A stretch of DNA of 64,000 bases from Anaerolineae bacterium (GCA_027021705.1 JALUTT010000171.1:15745-79744); one strand, 5' to 3'. Shown: positions 29,855 to 41,259, counted from the stretch's first letter. Program-made: numbers and translations. The notes: generated by a model from the sequence alone, not told the origin.

Positions 29855-32041
29855 ATGACCGATCCCGCCATCATCCAAACCGTTGCCCGAAGCCTAAACC
29901 TGCCGGAGCCCTCGGTGGCCGCGGCCGTGGCCCTGCTGGAGGAGGGGAACACCATCCCCTTCATCGCCCGCTACCGCAAGGAGCGGACGGGCGGGCTGGA
30001 CGAAGAGCAACTGCGGGCCATCGCCGAGCAGACCGCCTACCAGCAGCGCCTCCGGGAGCGCAAGGCGGCGGTCCTCAAGCGCATCGCCGAGCAGGGGAAG
30101 CTGACGCCGGCGCTCCGGGCGGCCATCGAGGCGGCCACGACGATGCAGGCGGTGGAGGACCTCTACCGCCCCTACCGGCCCAAGCGGCGCACCCGGGCCA
30201 CCATCGCCCGCCGGCGAGGGCTGGAGCCCCTGGCCGCCCTCATCCTGGAGCAGACGGTGCGGGGCGACCGGGAGGCGATCGCCCGCCCCTACCTGAGCGA
30301 GGAGGTTCCCACCGTCGAGGAGGCCTACGCCGGGGCCCGGGACATCGTCGCCGAGCAGATCGCCGAGGACGCCGAGGTCCGGGCCGAGGCCCGGCGGCTG
30401 GTCCAACGCCACGCCACCCTGGGGGCCGAGCTGACCGACGCCGGGAAGGACCCCCGGGGTGTCTACCGCCTCTACTACGACTTCGCCGCCCCCCTGCGCT
30501 CCCTCCGCCCCCACCAGGTGCTGGCCCTCAACCGGGGGGAGCGGGAGGGGGCGCTGCGCCTGCGGATGGACCTGCCCGGGGAGGCGATCCGGGAGGCGAT
30601 CCTGCGCCGCTATCCCCCCCACCGGCGCTGCCCCCTGGCCGCCGACCTGCTGGAGGCGGTGGACGACGGCTACCGGCGGCTGCTGGCCCCCGCCCTCGTC
30701 CGGGAGGCCCGCCGGGAGCTGACCCGCCGGGCCGAGGAGCACGCCATCGCCGTCTTCGCCCGCAACCTGCGCCACCTGCTCCTCCAGCCGCCCCTGCGGG
30801 GCCGGCGGGTGCTGGGCATTGACCCCGGCTACCGGACCGGCTGCAAGGTGGCCGTCGTGGACCCGACGGGGCGGCTCCTCGCCACCGCCACCATCTACCC
30901 CCACCCGCCCCAGGCGCGGCGGGAGGAGGCGATGGCCGTCCTGCACCACCTCATCACCACCCACGCCGTGGAGGTGATCGCCATCGGCAACGGCACCGCC
31001 TCCCGCGAGACGGAGCACCTGGTGGCCGAGGTGATCGCAGCCCTCCCCCCGGAGGCCGACGTCCACTACGCCATCGTGGACGAGGCCGGCGCCTCCGTCT
31101 ACTCGGCCTCGCCCCTGGCCCGCCAAGAGCTGCCCGACCTGGACGTGGCGATGCGGGGGGCCGTTTCCATCGCCCGGCGGCTCCAGGACCCCCTGGCCGA
31201 GTTGGTGAAGATTGACCCCAAGTCCATCGGCGTCGGCCTCTACCAGCACGACGTGGACCAGAAGCGGCTGGCGGAGGCGCTGGACGCCGTCGTCGAGTCG
31301 GTGGTGAACCGGGTCGGGGTGGACGTCAACACCGCCTCGCCGGCCCTGCTCCGCTACGTGGCCGGCATCGGCCCCAAGCTGGCCCAGGCCATCGTCGCCT
31401 ACCGGGATGCCCACGGCCCCTTCCCCTCGCGGGCGGCCCTGCTGAAGGTGCCCGGCCTGGGGCCGAAGAGCTTCCAGCAGGCGGCCGGCTTCCTCCGGGT
31501 GCCCGGGGGCGAGAACCCCCTGGACAACACCGGCGTGCACCCCGAATCCTACCCCGTCGTCGAGCGGCTGCTGGAGGCGATGCGGGACACCGGACGCAAG
31601 TGGAACCAAGCCCTGAACTGGGAGACGCTCCCCCGCCTCCTCCCCCGCTTCGTCGCCCGCTTCGACGACCTGAGCGAACTGGCCGACTGGCTGGAGGTCG
31701 GCCTGCCCACGCTGGAGGACATCATCGCCGAGCTGACCCGCCCCGGCCGGGACCCCCGCGACGAGCTCCCGCCCCCCATCCTGCGCCAGGACGTGCTCAC
31801 GATGGAGGACCTGCGGCCGGGGATGCGGCTGCGGGGCACCGTGCGCAACGTGGTGGACTTCGGGGCCTTCGTGGACATCGGCATCAAGCAGGATGGGCTC
31901 ATCCACGTCAGCCAGATGGGGGACCGCTATGTGCGGAACCCCCACGACCTCCTCGCCGTGGGCGACATCGTAGATGTAACCGTCCTCTCGGTGGACGTGG
32001 AGCGGGGGCGCATCGGCCTGCGGCTGGAGGGCAGGGCCTGA
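29855..32041 (+). CDS. tex: Tex (S1-domain transcription accessory) protein
   Basis: TIPFIARYRKE, DPGYRTGCK, EAGASVYSAS, RRLQDPLAELVK and a C-terminal S1 domain. Confidence 0.95.
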   Translation: MTDPAIIQTVARSLNLPEPSVAAAVALLEEGNTIPFIARYRKERTGGLDEEQLRAIAEQTAYQQRLRERKAAVLKRIAEQGKLTPALRAAIEAATTMQAVEDLYRPYRPKRRTRATIARRRGLEPLAALILEQTVRGDREAIARPYLSEEVPTVEEAYAGARDIVAEQIAEDAEVRAEARRLVQRHATLGAELTDAGKDPRGVYRLYYDFAAPLRSLRPHQVLALNRGEREGALRLRMDLPGEAIREAILRRYPPHRRCPLAADLLEAVDDGYRRLLAPALVREARRELTRRAEEHAIAVFARNLRHLLLQPPLRGRRVLGIDPGYRTGCKVAVVDPTGRLLATATIYPHPPQARREEAMAVLHHLITTHAVEVIAIGNGTASRETEHLVAEVIAALPPEADVHYAIVDEAGASVYSASPLARQELPDLDVAMRGAVSIARRLQDPLAELVKIDPKSIGVGLYQHDVDQKRLAEALDAVVESVVNRVGVDVNTASPALLRYVAGIGPKLAQAIVAYRDAHGPFPSRAALLKVPGLGPKSFQQAAGFLRVPGGENPLDNTGVHPESYPVVERLLEAMRDTGRKWNQALNWETLPRLLPRFVARFDDLSELADWLEVGLPTLEDIIAELTRPGRDPRDELPPPILRQDVLTMEDLRPGMRLRGTVRNVVDFGAFVDIGIKQDGLIHVSQMGDRYVRNPHDLLAVGDIVDVTVLSVDVERGRIGLRLEGRA

Positions 32042-32042
32042 G

Positions 32043-32891
32043 ATGCAGATCGCCATCAGCACCCACAGCCTCTCGACGGACACCCGGGCCGCCGTCGCCC
32101 AAGCGGCCGCCCTGGGCTTCACGGCCCTGGAGGTCCACATCCAGCAGGCCGAGCTGGGCTACGGCTTCCGGCGGCAGGCCAACCTGGCCTTCTACGAGAC
32201 GCTGGCCCAGGAGATCGCCCTGCGCCGGCTCACCGTCGTCGCCCTGCACGCCCCCCGCCTGACCGGTCACCAAGCCTTCTCCCAGCGGGCCCGCCGGGAG
32301 GTCCTGGCCCTGAGCGGCCGGGTCGCCGGCCTGCTGGGCGCTCCCCTCCTGGTCGTCCACCCGCCCCACCTCTTCCTCAGCGAGGAGGCGCTGGCGGACT
32401 ACCTGGCCGGTTCGCTGGCCGAGCCCCCCTTGGTGGAAGGGGTGGAGGGCGTCGGCGCCGAGATGGCCGACCGGGAGGTGGGGCTGGCCCTGGAGAACGT
32501 CGCGCCCTGGCACGACCTCCCCCTGACCAACGAGGCCACGGCGATGGCCCGCCTGGTCGAGGCCCTGGGCTGCCGGGTCGCCCTCGACGTCCGGCAGGCG
32601 CTGGAGGCCCCAGGGCCGGAGGGTGAGACCGGCCTGGCCTCGTGGGTGGAGCAGGTGGGCCCCCAGGTCGCCCTCCTGCGCCTCTACGACCGGGCCGAGG
32701 CGGCGGGGGAAGCCGGCCCCGGCCCGACGGAACGACGTCTCCCCCCCTTGGAGCCGGCCTGGCGCGAACGGCTCCCCCTGTTGCGCCGGACGGCGGCCCG
32801 GGCCTGCGTGCTGGAGGCGACGGCGGACCCTCGCATCCACGGCAGCCTGCGGGCCAGCCGCACCTTCTGGGAAACGCTGTGGGCCGCCTGA
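32043..32891 (+). CDS. Xylose-isomerase-like TIM barrel protein
   Basis: LGFTALE, ALHAP, VVHP, LALENV and ALDV. Confidence 0.7.
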   Translation: MQIAISTHSLSTDTRAAVAQAAALGFTALEVHIQQAELGYGFRRQANLAFYETLAQEIALRRLTVVALHAPRLTGHQAFSQRARREVLALSGRVAGLLGAPLLVVHPPHLFLSEEALADYLAGSLAEPPLVEGVEGVGAEMADREVGLALENVAPWHDLPLTNEATAMARLVEALGCRVALDVRQALEAPGPEGETGLASWVEQVGPQVALLRLYDRAEAAGEAGPGPTERRLPPLEPAWRERLPLLRRTAARACVLEATADPRIHGSLRASRTFWETLWAA

Positions 32892-32955
32892 TGCTGCCGC
32901 CCACCCTGGCGCGATGCCCCGGTGGGGTGGAGCGCGCCGGCTCTGGGGAACGCCG

Positions 32956-34914
32956 ATGACCTTGACAGATCGCTCTCGCCGCCTGCTCGCCATCCTGCTC
33001 CTCGCCCCTCTCGTCGTTGGGGTGCTCGCCGCCGGTTTCCCCGACCCACCGGAGCCGCCGACGGCGGCCCCGGGATCGGACCGACGGCCGGCCTCCGTCG
33101 CCCCCGCCCTCTGGGAGGCCGTCGCCTCCGGCGGGGAGACCCGCTTCCTCGTCGTCCTGCGGGAGCAGGCCGACCTGAGCCCGGCGGCCCGCCTGACCGA
33201 CAAGCGGGCCAAGGGCCGTTTCGTCGTCCAGGCCCTGCGGGAGGTAGCCCTGCGCACCCAGCCGCCCCTCTGGGCCTTCCTGGAGCGGCGGGGCGCTTCC
33301 TACCGCCCCTTCTACGTCGTCAACATGCTGGCCGTCACCGGCGACCGGGCGCTGGTCGAGGCGCTGGCCGCCCATCCCCTGGTCGCCCGCCTGGAGGCGA
33401 ACCCGGCGGTGGCCGCCCCGCTCCCCCGGCGCCGGGAACCCCCCGTCCTCCCCGACTTGGCTCGGCGGCTGAGGCCGGCGCAGGAGGCCGGGCTGCTCTG
33501 GAACCTCTCCGCCATCGGTGCCGACGCCGTCTGGTCGCTGGGCTACCGGGGCCAGGGCGTCGTCGTGGCCGGCCAGGACACCGGCTACCAGTGGGACCAT
33601 CCCGCCCTGATCCGCCAGTACCGGGGCTGGAACGGCACCACCGTGGTCCACGACTACAACTGGCACGACGCCGTCCACGAGGACCTGGGGCCGGCGGACA
33701 CCAACCCCTGCGGCTACGACTCCCCCGTCCCTTGCGACGATCACGGCCACGGCACCCACACGATGGGCACGATGGTGGGGGACGATGGGGCGGGCAACCA
33801 GATCGGTGTCGCGCCGGAGGCCCGCTGGATCGGCTGCCGCAATATGGACAACGGCTGGGGCTCCCCGGCCACCTACGCCGAGTGCTTCGAGTTCTTCCTG
33901 GCCCCCTACCCGGTGAACGGCGATCCTCTGACCGACGGGGACCCCGACATGGCCCCCGACGTGATCAACAACTCCTGGGCCTGTCCTGCCCAGGAGGGCT
34001 GCTCCTGGGCGACCCTGCAGCAGGTGGTGGAGAACGTGCGGGCGGCGGGCATCCTCGTCGTCGCCTCGGCCGGCAACGAGGGACCTACCTGCGGTTCGGT
34101 ACAGTGGCCGCCCGCCCTCTACGAGGCCACCTTCTCGGTGGGCGCGACGGACAGCGCCGGACAGATCGCCTCCTTCAGCAGCCGGGGGCCGGTGACGGTG
34201 GACGGGAGCAACCGCCCCAAGCCCGACCTCAGTGCGCCGGGGGTGGACATCCGCTCTAGCGTGCCCGGAGGCGGCTACCAGGGCGGATGGAGTGGGACTT
34301 CGATGGCCAGCCCCCACGTGGCCGGGGCCGTCGCCCTGCTCTGGTCGGCCGGCCCCAGCCTACGGGGCCACGTGACGGAGACGGAACGCATCCTGCAGGA
34401 GACGGCCCGACCGGTGGTGGACACCACCTGTGGCGGCGACGCCGACGGCCATCCCAACAACGTCTACGGCTGGGGGATCGTGGACGCTTGGGCGGCGGTC
34501 CAGGCGATCGCGCCCGCCCTGGCCCTGCGCCTCACCGCCTGGCCGGCCTGGGCCCGGCCGGGGCGTTCGCTCACCTACACCTTCGCCGTGACCAACACCA
34601 CCGCCCTCACCCAGACCGGCCTGGTGCTGACGGACCGGCTCCCCCTCTCCGTCACCCTGACCGCCACCGCCCCATCCGCATCCCGGGGGGATGGGGTGGT
34701 CACCTGGACCTGGCCCTTCCTAGCCCCTCGAGCATCGGTGAGCGCCGTGCTGATCGTCACCGTCGGCCCGGCGGCGCCGGGGACGCAGATCGTCAACGGG
34801 GCCTACGGGGTCAGGAGCACGACGGTCACCGAGACCATCACCGGGACGCCCGTCGGCGTCCTCGTCCCCTGGTCTGTCTACCTGCCCGTTGTCCTGCGCC
34901 CACCAGCCCGCTGA
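32956..34914 (+). CDS. Secreted S8 subtilisin-like peptidase with a DUF11-like C-terminal domain
   Basis: Signal peptide, DTG, HGTHTMG, SAGN, GTSMASPH and a C-terminal YLPVVLR tail. Confidence 0.92.
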   Translation: MTLTDRSRRLLAILLLAPLVVGVLAAGFPDPPEPPTAAPGSDRRPASVAPALWEAVASGGETRFLVVLREQADLSPAARLTDKRAKGRFVVQALREVALRTQPPLWAFLERRGASYRPFYVVNMLAVTGDRALVEALAAHPLVARLEANPAVAAPLPRRREPPVLPDLARRLRPAQEAGLLWNLSAIGADAVWSLGYRGQGVVVAGQDTGYQWDHPALIRQYRGWNGTTVVHDYNWHDAVHEDLGPADTNPCGYDSPVPCDDHGHGTHTMGTMVGDDGAGNQIGVAPEARWIGCRNMDNGWGSPATYAECFEFFLAPYPVNGDPLTDGDPDMAPDVINNSWACPAQEGCSWATLQQVVENVRAAGILVVASAGNEGPTCGSVQWPPALYEATFSVGATDSAGQIASFSSRGPVTVDGSNRPKPDLSAPGVDIRSSVPGGGYQGGWSGTSMASPHVAGAVALLWSAGPSLRGHVTETERILQETARPVVDTTCGGDADGHPNNVYGWGIVDAWAAVQAIAPALALRLTAWPAWARPGRSLTYTFAVTNTTALTQTGLVLTDRLPLSVTLTATAPSASRGDGVVTWTWPFLAPRASVSAVLIVTVGPAAPGTQIVNGAYGVRSTTVTETITGTPVGVLVPWSVYLPVVLRPPAR

Positions 34915-34965
34915 CCCGTTGACTCGCCGACTCGTTGACTCGCTGACTCGTTGACTCGCCGACCC
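34911..34965. repeat. Tandem 8-9 nt GACTCG(TT/CC/CT) repeats
   Basis: gactcgcc gactcgtt gactcgct gactcgtt gactcgcc. Confidence 0.75.
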
Positions 34966-34987
34966 ATCCACCCATCGCCCTGTCGCT

Positions 34988-35827
34988 ATGCATCCATCAA
35001 TCCCTCAACTGACCATCCGTGTTCCCACTTCTTCGGGATCCCCCACCGCCCCCCTGGCGGCCATCATCGGTGCCGGGGGGCCGCCCGACGATCCGCTGAC
35101 GGCCTACACGGGCGTTGCCCGCAAGGCGCTGATCCCCCTCCTCGGTCGTCCGATGGTCCTCTACGTGGCCCAGGCGCTGGCCGAGTCGGCCCGGGTAGCC
35201 CACCTCATCATCGTGGGGCTGGAGCCGGAGGAAGGGCCGGCCTTCCCCCTGCCGGTGACCTACCTGCCCGACCGGGGGTCGCTCTTGGACAACCTCCTGG
35301 CCGGCGTCGCGGTCCTGCAGCGGCTCTATCCGGGCGCGGAGCGGGTCCTCTTCGCCGCGGCCGACATCCCCCTCATCACCGGCGAGATCGTCCGAGAGAC
35401 GGTGGACCTCTCCCTGGCCTCCGGGGCCGACGCCTGCTACACCATCGTGCCGCGCCCGGTGATGGAGCGGCGCTTCCCCGACGCCCGCCGCAGCTACGTC
35501 CGGCTGCGCGAGGGGGAGTTCGCCGGTGGGGACCTCCATCTGTTCAACCCGGCGATCCTCCATCGGCGTCCGGCCCTCCTGCAGGCCCTGATGGGAGCCC
35601 GCAAGAGCGTTCTCCGGCAGGCCCGCATCATCGGCCTGGGGGTCTTGCTCCGCTACCTCTTCCGCCGCCTGAGCCTGCCCGAGGGGGAGCGCCGGGCCCG
35701 GCAGATCCTGGGGGGGCTGCCGGTGCGCTTCCTCGTCAGCCGCCACGCCGAACTGGCGATGGACGTGGACAAGCCCCACCAGTTGGACCTGGTCCGGGCG
35801 GAGTTGGCACGGCAGAGGTCCGCCTAG
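34988..35827 (+). CDS. MobA-like nucleotidyltransferase family protein
   Basis: AAIIGAGG, KALIPL, ADIPLI and DVDKP. Confidence 0.8.
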   Translation: MHPSIPQLTIRVPTSSGSPTAPLAAIIGAGGPPDDPLTAYTGVARKALIPLLGRPMVLYVAQALAESARVAHLIIVGLEPEEGPAFPLPVTYLPDRGSLLDNLLAGVAVLQRLYPGAERVLFAAADIPLITGEIVRETVDLSLASGADACYTIVPRPVMERRFPDARRSYVRLREGEFAGGDLHLFNPAILHRRPALLQALMGARKSVLRQARIIGLGVLLRYLFRRLSLPEGERRARQILGGLPVRFLVSRHAELAMDVDKPHQLDLVRAELARQRSA

Positions 35828-36040
35828 GGCTTATCCAGGCTCGAGCAGCACCCAGATTCCCGAGGTCTCCGTGAGGCGATCTCCCCCTTGGGATGCCTGC
35901 AAAAAGGGGAGCATGTTGCCTCTCAGGGCCGCTTTCCAGACCTCAGGAATCTCCGAGGTCAAAGCGTTGAGGAGCCTCGGAGGTCCGCTTCTGCTTGAGC
36001 AGGACCACAGAATGTGGTAGAATACACCCAGCAGCACCAA

Positions 36041-36113
36041 TTTCACACGTCACGCCTCATCCTTTCACGCCTTACGTTTCACGCCTTACGTTTCACGCCT
36101 TATGTTTCACGCC
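36041..36113. repeat. TTTCACG/CCTTACG heptamer repeat tract
   Basis: tttcacg ccttacg tttcacg ccttacg tttcacg ccttatg tttcacg. Confidence 0.75.
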
Positions 36114-36171
36114 TCCCGCATCCCCCTTCCCGTTCCGGCGGGCAAGGAGCCCTGCTGCTGGAGAGAACGCG

Positions 36172-36696
36172 ATGATCAGTGAAAGCCTGGCGATGGACAT
36201 TTTGCTGGCCTTCGGGCTGGTGGTCGGGCTGATCATTGGGGCCCGAAGGCGCACGGTGACCCAGTTCTTCGTCCTTATTGGGGTGATCTTTGCGATCATC
36301 GTCGCCTCCGGTTTCTACCGGCTGATGGGGAACACCCTGATCCAGGGACTGGGCGAGATCGGCTTTCCCATCACCTGGCGCTCGGCCTACCCTTTTTCCT
36401 TTCTGGCGTTGACGCTGGCTGCTTACATTCTGGCCGAGGCGGTGATCCGGGCCTACATGCCCGGTGGGGCCATTCGTTCCCTCTGGGTGCTGGATAACCT
36501 CATCGGCGCGGGGCTGGGCGCGATGTGGGCAGCTCTGTGGCTGGGCGTTCTGGTGGGCACCTTCCAGTACGTGCTGGCTTACCAGGGAGCCTCTCTGCTG
36601 CCCTTCATCGCCCGCCTCTTCCGCCTGCTGGTACTCTTTGTGCTACGTTTCTTCTATCCTCAGGGTTTGCCGCCCATCTTCGACCCGCTGGTATGA
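36172..36696 (+). CDS. CvpA-family membrane protein
   Basis: MDILL...GARR and LDNLIGAGLG, with 4-5 TM segments. Confidence 0.7.
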   Translation: MISESLAMDILLAFGLVVGLIIGARRRTVTQFFVLIGVIFAIIVASGFYRLMGNTLIQGLGEIGFPITWRSAYPFSFLALTLAAYILAEAVIRAYMPGGAIRSLWVLDNLIGAGLGAMWAALWLGVLVGTFQYVLAYQGASLLPFIARLFRLLVLFVLRFFYPQGLPPIFDPLV

Positions 36697-36904
36697 GAAC
36701 CGGCGCTTGATCGCTCCTGCCAGGTGGGCTCTTCCTAACGTCTAGGCGAGGGGTCTGGGCGAAGAGGCCTGCCTGTCCGGGACATTGTCCAAGGCCCCAG
36801 GATGCTCCCCTGGGCCAGCCCCCAGGAAGCAGTGCGTGGAGACAGCCCCGATGGGAGGCGGGCTGGCGCCCCCATCCACAGCCACGTCGAAGGAGGAGGT
36901 TCTG

Positions 36905-38800
36905 ATGGCAAATCTGCATGGCGAGGTGTACTATCCGCCTGAGGAGGTCGTAGCCCGGGCCCACGTCCAGGATTGGGAGAAGCTCCTGGAGGAGGCCGCC
37001 GCGGACCCCGTCGCCTTCTGGGAGGCGCGGGCCAAGGAGTTGGTGGATTGGTTCGAGCCCTGGGAGCGGGCCTTCGACGACTCCAATGCGCCCTTCTACA
37101 AGTGGTTCATCGGGGCCAAGACGAACATCGTCCACAATGCCCTGGACCGGCACATCACCACCTGGCGGCGCAACAAGCTGGCCTACATCTGGGAGGGAGA
37201 GGATGGCACGCGGCGCACGATGAGCTACTACCGTCTCTGGCGGGAGGTGAACCGCTTCGCCGCCATCCTCAAGAGCATGGGCGTGGAGAAGGGAGATCGG
37301 GTGACGATCTACATGGGGCGGCTGCCCGAACTCCCCATCGCTATGCTGGCCACAGCCAAGATCGGCGCCATCCACTCGGTCGTCTACGGTGGTTTCAGCG
37401 TCGAGGCCCTGGCCGAGCGGATCGAGGATGCCCAGTCCCGCGTCCTCATCACCGCCGATGGCGGCTTTATGCGGGGCAAGATCGTTCCCCTCAAGGAGAT
37501 TGCCGATGAGGCGGTCCGGCGCAGCCCCGTCGTGGAGCATATGGTCGTCGTCCGCCGCACGGGCCACGAGGTCAATATGGAAGTGGGCCGCGACTACTGG
37601 TACCACGAACTCTGCCAGCTCCCGGTGGCCAACGGCACCGTGGAGACGGAGGTGATGGATGCCGAGGATCCCCTCTTCATCCTCTACACCTCCGGGACGA
37701 CGGGCAAGCCCAAGGGGGTGCTCCACACCCACGGAGGCTACCAGGTGGGCATCGCCACGACGCTCAAGTACGCCTTCGACCTGAAGGATGAAGACCGATG
37801 GTGGTGCGCTGCCGACCCCGGCTGGATCACCGGCCACTCCTACATCGTCTACGGGCCGCTGATCCTGGGGGCCACGTCCTTCATCTACGAGGGAGCACCC
37901 AACTACCCCTACCCAGACCGCTGGTGGCGGATGATTGAGGAATACGGTATCACCATCCTGTACACCGCGCCGACGGCCATCCGGGGGCTGATGCGCTTCG
38001 GCAACGCTTGGGTGAACCGGCACGACCTCTCCAGCCTGCGCCTGCTGGGAACCGTGGGCGAGCCCATCAACCCCGAGGCCTGGCGCTGGTACTACGAGGT
38101 CGTCGGAAAGGAGCGTTGCCCCATCATTGACACCTGGTGGCAGACGGAGACAGGCCACTTTATGATCACCCCGTTGCCGGTCACGCCGCTCAAGCCCGGT
38201 TCGGCCACCAAGCCCTTCCCCGGCATCCTGGCCGAGGTGGTGGACGAAGAGGGGAACCCGGTGGAGCCGGGCGTGGAGGGCAACCTGGTGATCAAGCACG
38301 CCTGGCCGGGGATGCTCCGCACCATCTACGGCGATCCGGAGCGCTACAAGGAGCAGTACTGGTCCAAGTATGCCAAGCAGGGCTACTACCTCACCGGCGA
38401 CTCGGCCCGCAAGGACGAAGACGGCTACTTCTGGATCATCGGTCGGGTGGACGATGTGATCAAGGTGGCCGGTTACCGCTTGGGCACGGCCGAGATCGAA
38501 TCGGCCCTGGTCAGCCACCCCGCCGTCTCCGAGGCGGCGGCCATCGGCGTCCCCGATGAACTCAAGGGGAACGTCATCCACACCTTCGTCATCCTGCGGG
38601 AGGGCTTCACGCCTTCGCCGGAACTGGAGGAGGAGTTAAAGCAGCACGTGCGCCACGAGATGGGTCCCATTGCCGTCCCGGCCAAGATCAACTTCGTCGA
38701 GAGCCTGCCCAAGACCCGCTCGGGCAAGATCATGCGGCGTGTCCTCAAAGCCCGCACCCTGGGGCTGCCCGAGGGCGACCTGAGCACGCTGGAGGACTAA
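36905..38800 (+). CDS. acs: Acetyl-CoA synthetase
   Basis: [31 protein letters not shown] and [12 protein letters not shown]. Confidence 0.96.
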   Translation: MANLHGEVYYPPEEVVARAHVQDWEKLLEEAAADPVAFWEARAKELVDWFEPWERAFDDSNAPFYKWFIGAKTNIVHNALDRHITTWRRNKLAYIWEGEDGTRRTMSYYRLWREVNRFAAILKSMGVEKGDRVTIYMGRLPELPIAMLATAKIGAIHSVVYGGFSVEALAERIEDAQSRVLITADGGFMRGKIVPLKEIADEAVRRSPVVEHMVVVRRTGHEVNMEVGRDYWYHELCQLPVANGTVETEVMDAEDPLFILYTSGTTGKPKGVLHTHGGYQVGIATTLKYAFDLKDEDRWWCAADPGWITGHSYIVYGPLILGATSFIYEGAPNYPYPDRWWRMIEEYGITILYTAPTAIRGLMRFGNAWVNRHDLSSLRLLGTVGEPINPEAWRWYYEVVGKERCPIIDTWWQTETGHFMITPLPVTPLKPGSATKPFPGILAEVVDEEGNPVEPGVEGNLVIKHAWPGMLRTIYGDPERYKEQYWSKYAKQGYYLTGDSARKDEDGYFWIIGRVDDVIKVAGYRLGTAEIESALVSHPAVSEAAAIGVPDELKGNVIHTFVILREGFTPSPELEEELKQHVRHEMGPIAVPAKINFVESLPKTRSGKIMRRVLKARTLGLPEGDLSTLED

Positions 38801-38859
38801 GAGGACGTATCGCCCCCTTCCTCCTCTGCGCCGGGAGGGGGAAGGGGGCAACCGGCCCA

Positions 38860-39002
38860 ATTAGTCGGGTGGTCGGATGGTCGCTTGGTCGCTTGGTCGC
38901 TTGGTCCACGGTCCTCAGTCCTCAGTCCTCAGTCCGCTGCTAAGCCGCTAGCCGCTATGCCGCTATGCCGCCAGCCGCTACACCGCTTGGCCCCTGCCCC
39001 TT
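38860..39002. repeat. Mosaic of short tandem repeats
   Basis: TTGGTCGC x3, GTCCTCA x3, GCCGCTA x5. The same motifs recur at 40070-40195 and 41265-41410. Confidence 0.75.
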
Positions 39003-39080
39003 GCGCCGGCGGCGGGGTGATGCTACAATCTTCTGCACTGCCGATTCCGGGAGCAACACACCGACGAGAGGAGGAAGACC

Positions 39081-40064
39081 GTGGGCCGGGCGGACATCGG
39101 GAGCAAGTACGTGCTGGCCGGCGAGCCGACGGAGTGGGCCCGCTGGCTGCTGGGGGACGAGACCATCCGGGTCGAGGAGCGGCTGTCGGGAGAGTTCCAG
39201 TTCTTGATGCGCCACAGCGACGAGGTGCTGCGGGCGCGGGGGCAGGAAGGCCCCTTCGTCCTGGTGGTCGAGGTCCAGTTGCGGGCGGACGAGCGGATGC
39301 CCCGGCGGATGCGGGCCTATGCAGCGCTGGCCGAGGAGCGATACGACCTGCCGGCCTATCCGCTGGTGCTCTACTTGCTGCCGCCGGGAGAGGGGGTGCA
39401 ACTGCCGGAGCGGTACCATCAGGAGTTTATGGGCTTGACGGCCCGCCAGGACTTTCGGGTGGTGCGGGTGTGGGAGCTGGAGGCGGAGCGGGTGGTGGCG
39501 GCGGGGGTGGTGGGGCTGGTGCCCTTCGTGCCGCTGATGCGGGGGGCGGACGAGGGGGTGATCCGGCGAGGGGTGGAGGTGTTGCGGGAGCGGGGGGTGG
39601 GAGAAGAGGTCGAGGCGGCGCTGGCCTTGTTCGCCAGCTTCGTGATGGAGCCGGAGCAAGTGCGGCAGATCGTGAGGTGGGATATGGCGGTTCTGAAGGA
39701 ATCACCCTGGTACAAGCAAATCTTGGAGGAGGGATTGCAGGAGGGGCGGCGGCTGGGGCTCCAGGAGGGCCTTCAGCAGGGCCTCCAGCAAGGCCTCCAG
39801 CAGGGCCTCCAGCAGGGGCTTCAGCAAGGGCTTCAGCAGGGCCTCCGACAAGGGATCCTAGAAGGGCAGCGGGAAGCCATCCTGCACCTGCTGCGGGTGC
39901 GGTTTGACCCGACGGGGCCGGCCCTGGAGCCCGTCGCCGAGGGGCTGGCCGAGATCGAGGACGCTACCCTGCTCCAGGACCTGCTGGTGGAAGCGGCGCA
40001 GGCGGAGAGTTTGGAGGCCTTCCAGAAAGGGCTCCAACGGCTGTTAGGGGGCTCATCGGGGTAG
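39081..40064 (+). CDS. Rpn/YhgA-like PD-(D/E)XK protein, copy 1
   Basis: SD...VEVQ...MPRRM..Y nuclease-like N-terminus, ESPWYKQI, (GLQQ)n repeats and a C-terminal helical domain. Promoter TTGCGC-17-TACAAT at 39001-39029. Confidence 0.85.
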   Translation: MGRADIGSKYVLAGEPTEWARWLLGDETIRVEERLSGEFQFLMRHSDEVLRARGQEGPFVLVVEVQLRADERMPRRMRAYAALAEERYDLPAYPLVLYLLPPGEGVQLPERYHQEFMGLTARQDFRVVRVWELEAERVVAAGVVGLVPFVPLMRGADEGVIRRGVEVLRERGVGEEVEAALALFASFVMEPEQVRQIVRWDMAVLKESPWYKQILEEGLQEGRRLGLQEGLQQGLQQGLQQGLQQGLQQGLQQGLRQGILEGQREAILHLLRVRFDPTGPALEPVAEGLAEIEDATLLQDLLVEAAQAESLEAFQKGLQRLLGGSSG

Positions 40065-40275
40065 GAGCGCGGTCCTCAGTCCTCAGTCCGCTGTTTGGTC
40101 GGGTGGTCGAGTAGTCCTTGGTCCTCAGTCCATGGTCCGTCGCTAAGCCGCTAGCCGCTATGCCGCCAGCCGCTACGCCGCTTGGCCCCTGCCCCTTGCG
40201 CCGGGGGCGGGGTGATGCTACAATCTTCTGCACTGCCGATTCCGGGAGCAACACACCGACGAGAGGAGGAAGACC

Positions 40276-41259
40276 GTGGGCCGGGCGGACATCGGGGGCA
40301 AGTACGTGCTGGCCGGCGAGCCGACGGAGTGGGCCCGCTGGCTGCTGGGGGACGAGACCATCCGGGTCGAGGAGCGGCTGTCGGGAGAGTTCCAGTTCTT
40401 GATGCGCCACAGCGACGAGGTGCTGCGGGCGCGGGGGCAGGAAGGCCCCTTCGTCCTGGTGGTCGAGGTCCAGTTGCGGGCGGACGAGCGGATGCCCCGG
40501 CGGATGCGGGCCTATGCAGCGCTGGCCGAGGAGCGATACGACCTGCCGGCCTATCCGCTGGTGCTCTACTTGCTGCCGCCGGGAGAGGGGGTGCAACTGC
40601 CGGAGCGGTACCATCAGGAGTTTATGGGCTTGACGGCCCGCCAGGACTTTCGGGTGGTGCGGGTGTGGGAGCTGGAGGCGGAGCGGGTGGTGGCGGCGGG
40701 GGTGGTGGGGCTGGTGCCCTTCGTGCCGCTGATGCGGGGGGCGGACGAGGGGGTGATCCGGCGAGGGGTGGAGGTGTTGCGGGAGCGGGGGGTGGGAGAA
40801 GAGGTCGAGGCGGCGCTGGCCTTGTTCGCCAGCTTCGTGATGGAGCCGGAGCAAGTGCGGCAGATCGTGAGGTGGGATATGGCGGTTCTGAAGGAATCAC
40901 CCTGGTACAAGCAAATCTTGGAGGAGGGATTGCAGGAGGGGCGGCGGCTGGGGCTCCAGGAGGGCCTTCAGCAGGGCCTCCAGCAAGGCCTCCAGCAGGG
41001 CCTCCAGCAGGGGCTTCAGCAAGGGCTTCAGCAGGGCCTCCGACAAGGGATCCTAGAAGGGCAGCGGGAAGCCATCCTGCACCTGCTGCGGGTGCGGTTT
41101 GACCCGACGGGGCCGGCCCTGGAGCCCGTCGCCGAAGGGCTGGCCGAGATCGAGGACGCTACCCTGCTCCAGGACCTGCTGGTGGAAGCGGCGCAGGCCG
41201 AGAGCCTGGAGACTTTTCAGAAAGGGCTCCAACGGCTGTTGGGGGCCTCATCGGGGTAG
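40276..41259 (+). CDS. Rpn/YhgA-like protein, copy 2
   Basis: Near-identical to copy 1 (3 amino-acid differences), period 1195 bp, promoter included. Confidence 0.85.
   Translation: MGRADIGGKYVLAGEPTEWARWLLGDETIRVEERLSGEFQFLMRHSDEVLRARGQEGPFVLVVEVQLRADERMPRRMRAYAALAEERYDLPAYPLVLYLLPPGEGVQLPERYHQEFMGLTARQDFRVVRVWELEAERVVAAGVVGLVPFVPLMRGADEGVIRRGVEVLRERGVGEEVEAALALFASFVMEPEQVRQIVRWDMAVLKESPWYKQILEEGLQEGRRLGLQEGLQQGLQQGLQQGLQQGLQQGLQQGLRQGILEGQREAILHLLRVRFDPTGPALEPVAEGLAEIEDATLLQDLLVEAAQAESLETFQKGLQRLLGASSG

Noticed and set aside
29894..32140. Long antisense ORFs (also 36605-38581, 41449-43905, 58238-60418 and others)
   Set aside because: Shadow ORFs caused by high-GC codon bias opposite well-supported genes.
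39081..41259. Rpn copies as insertion sequences
   Set aside because: No terminal inverted repeats, target duplications or DDE/HUH motifs.
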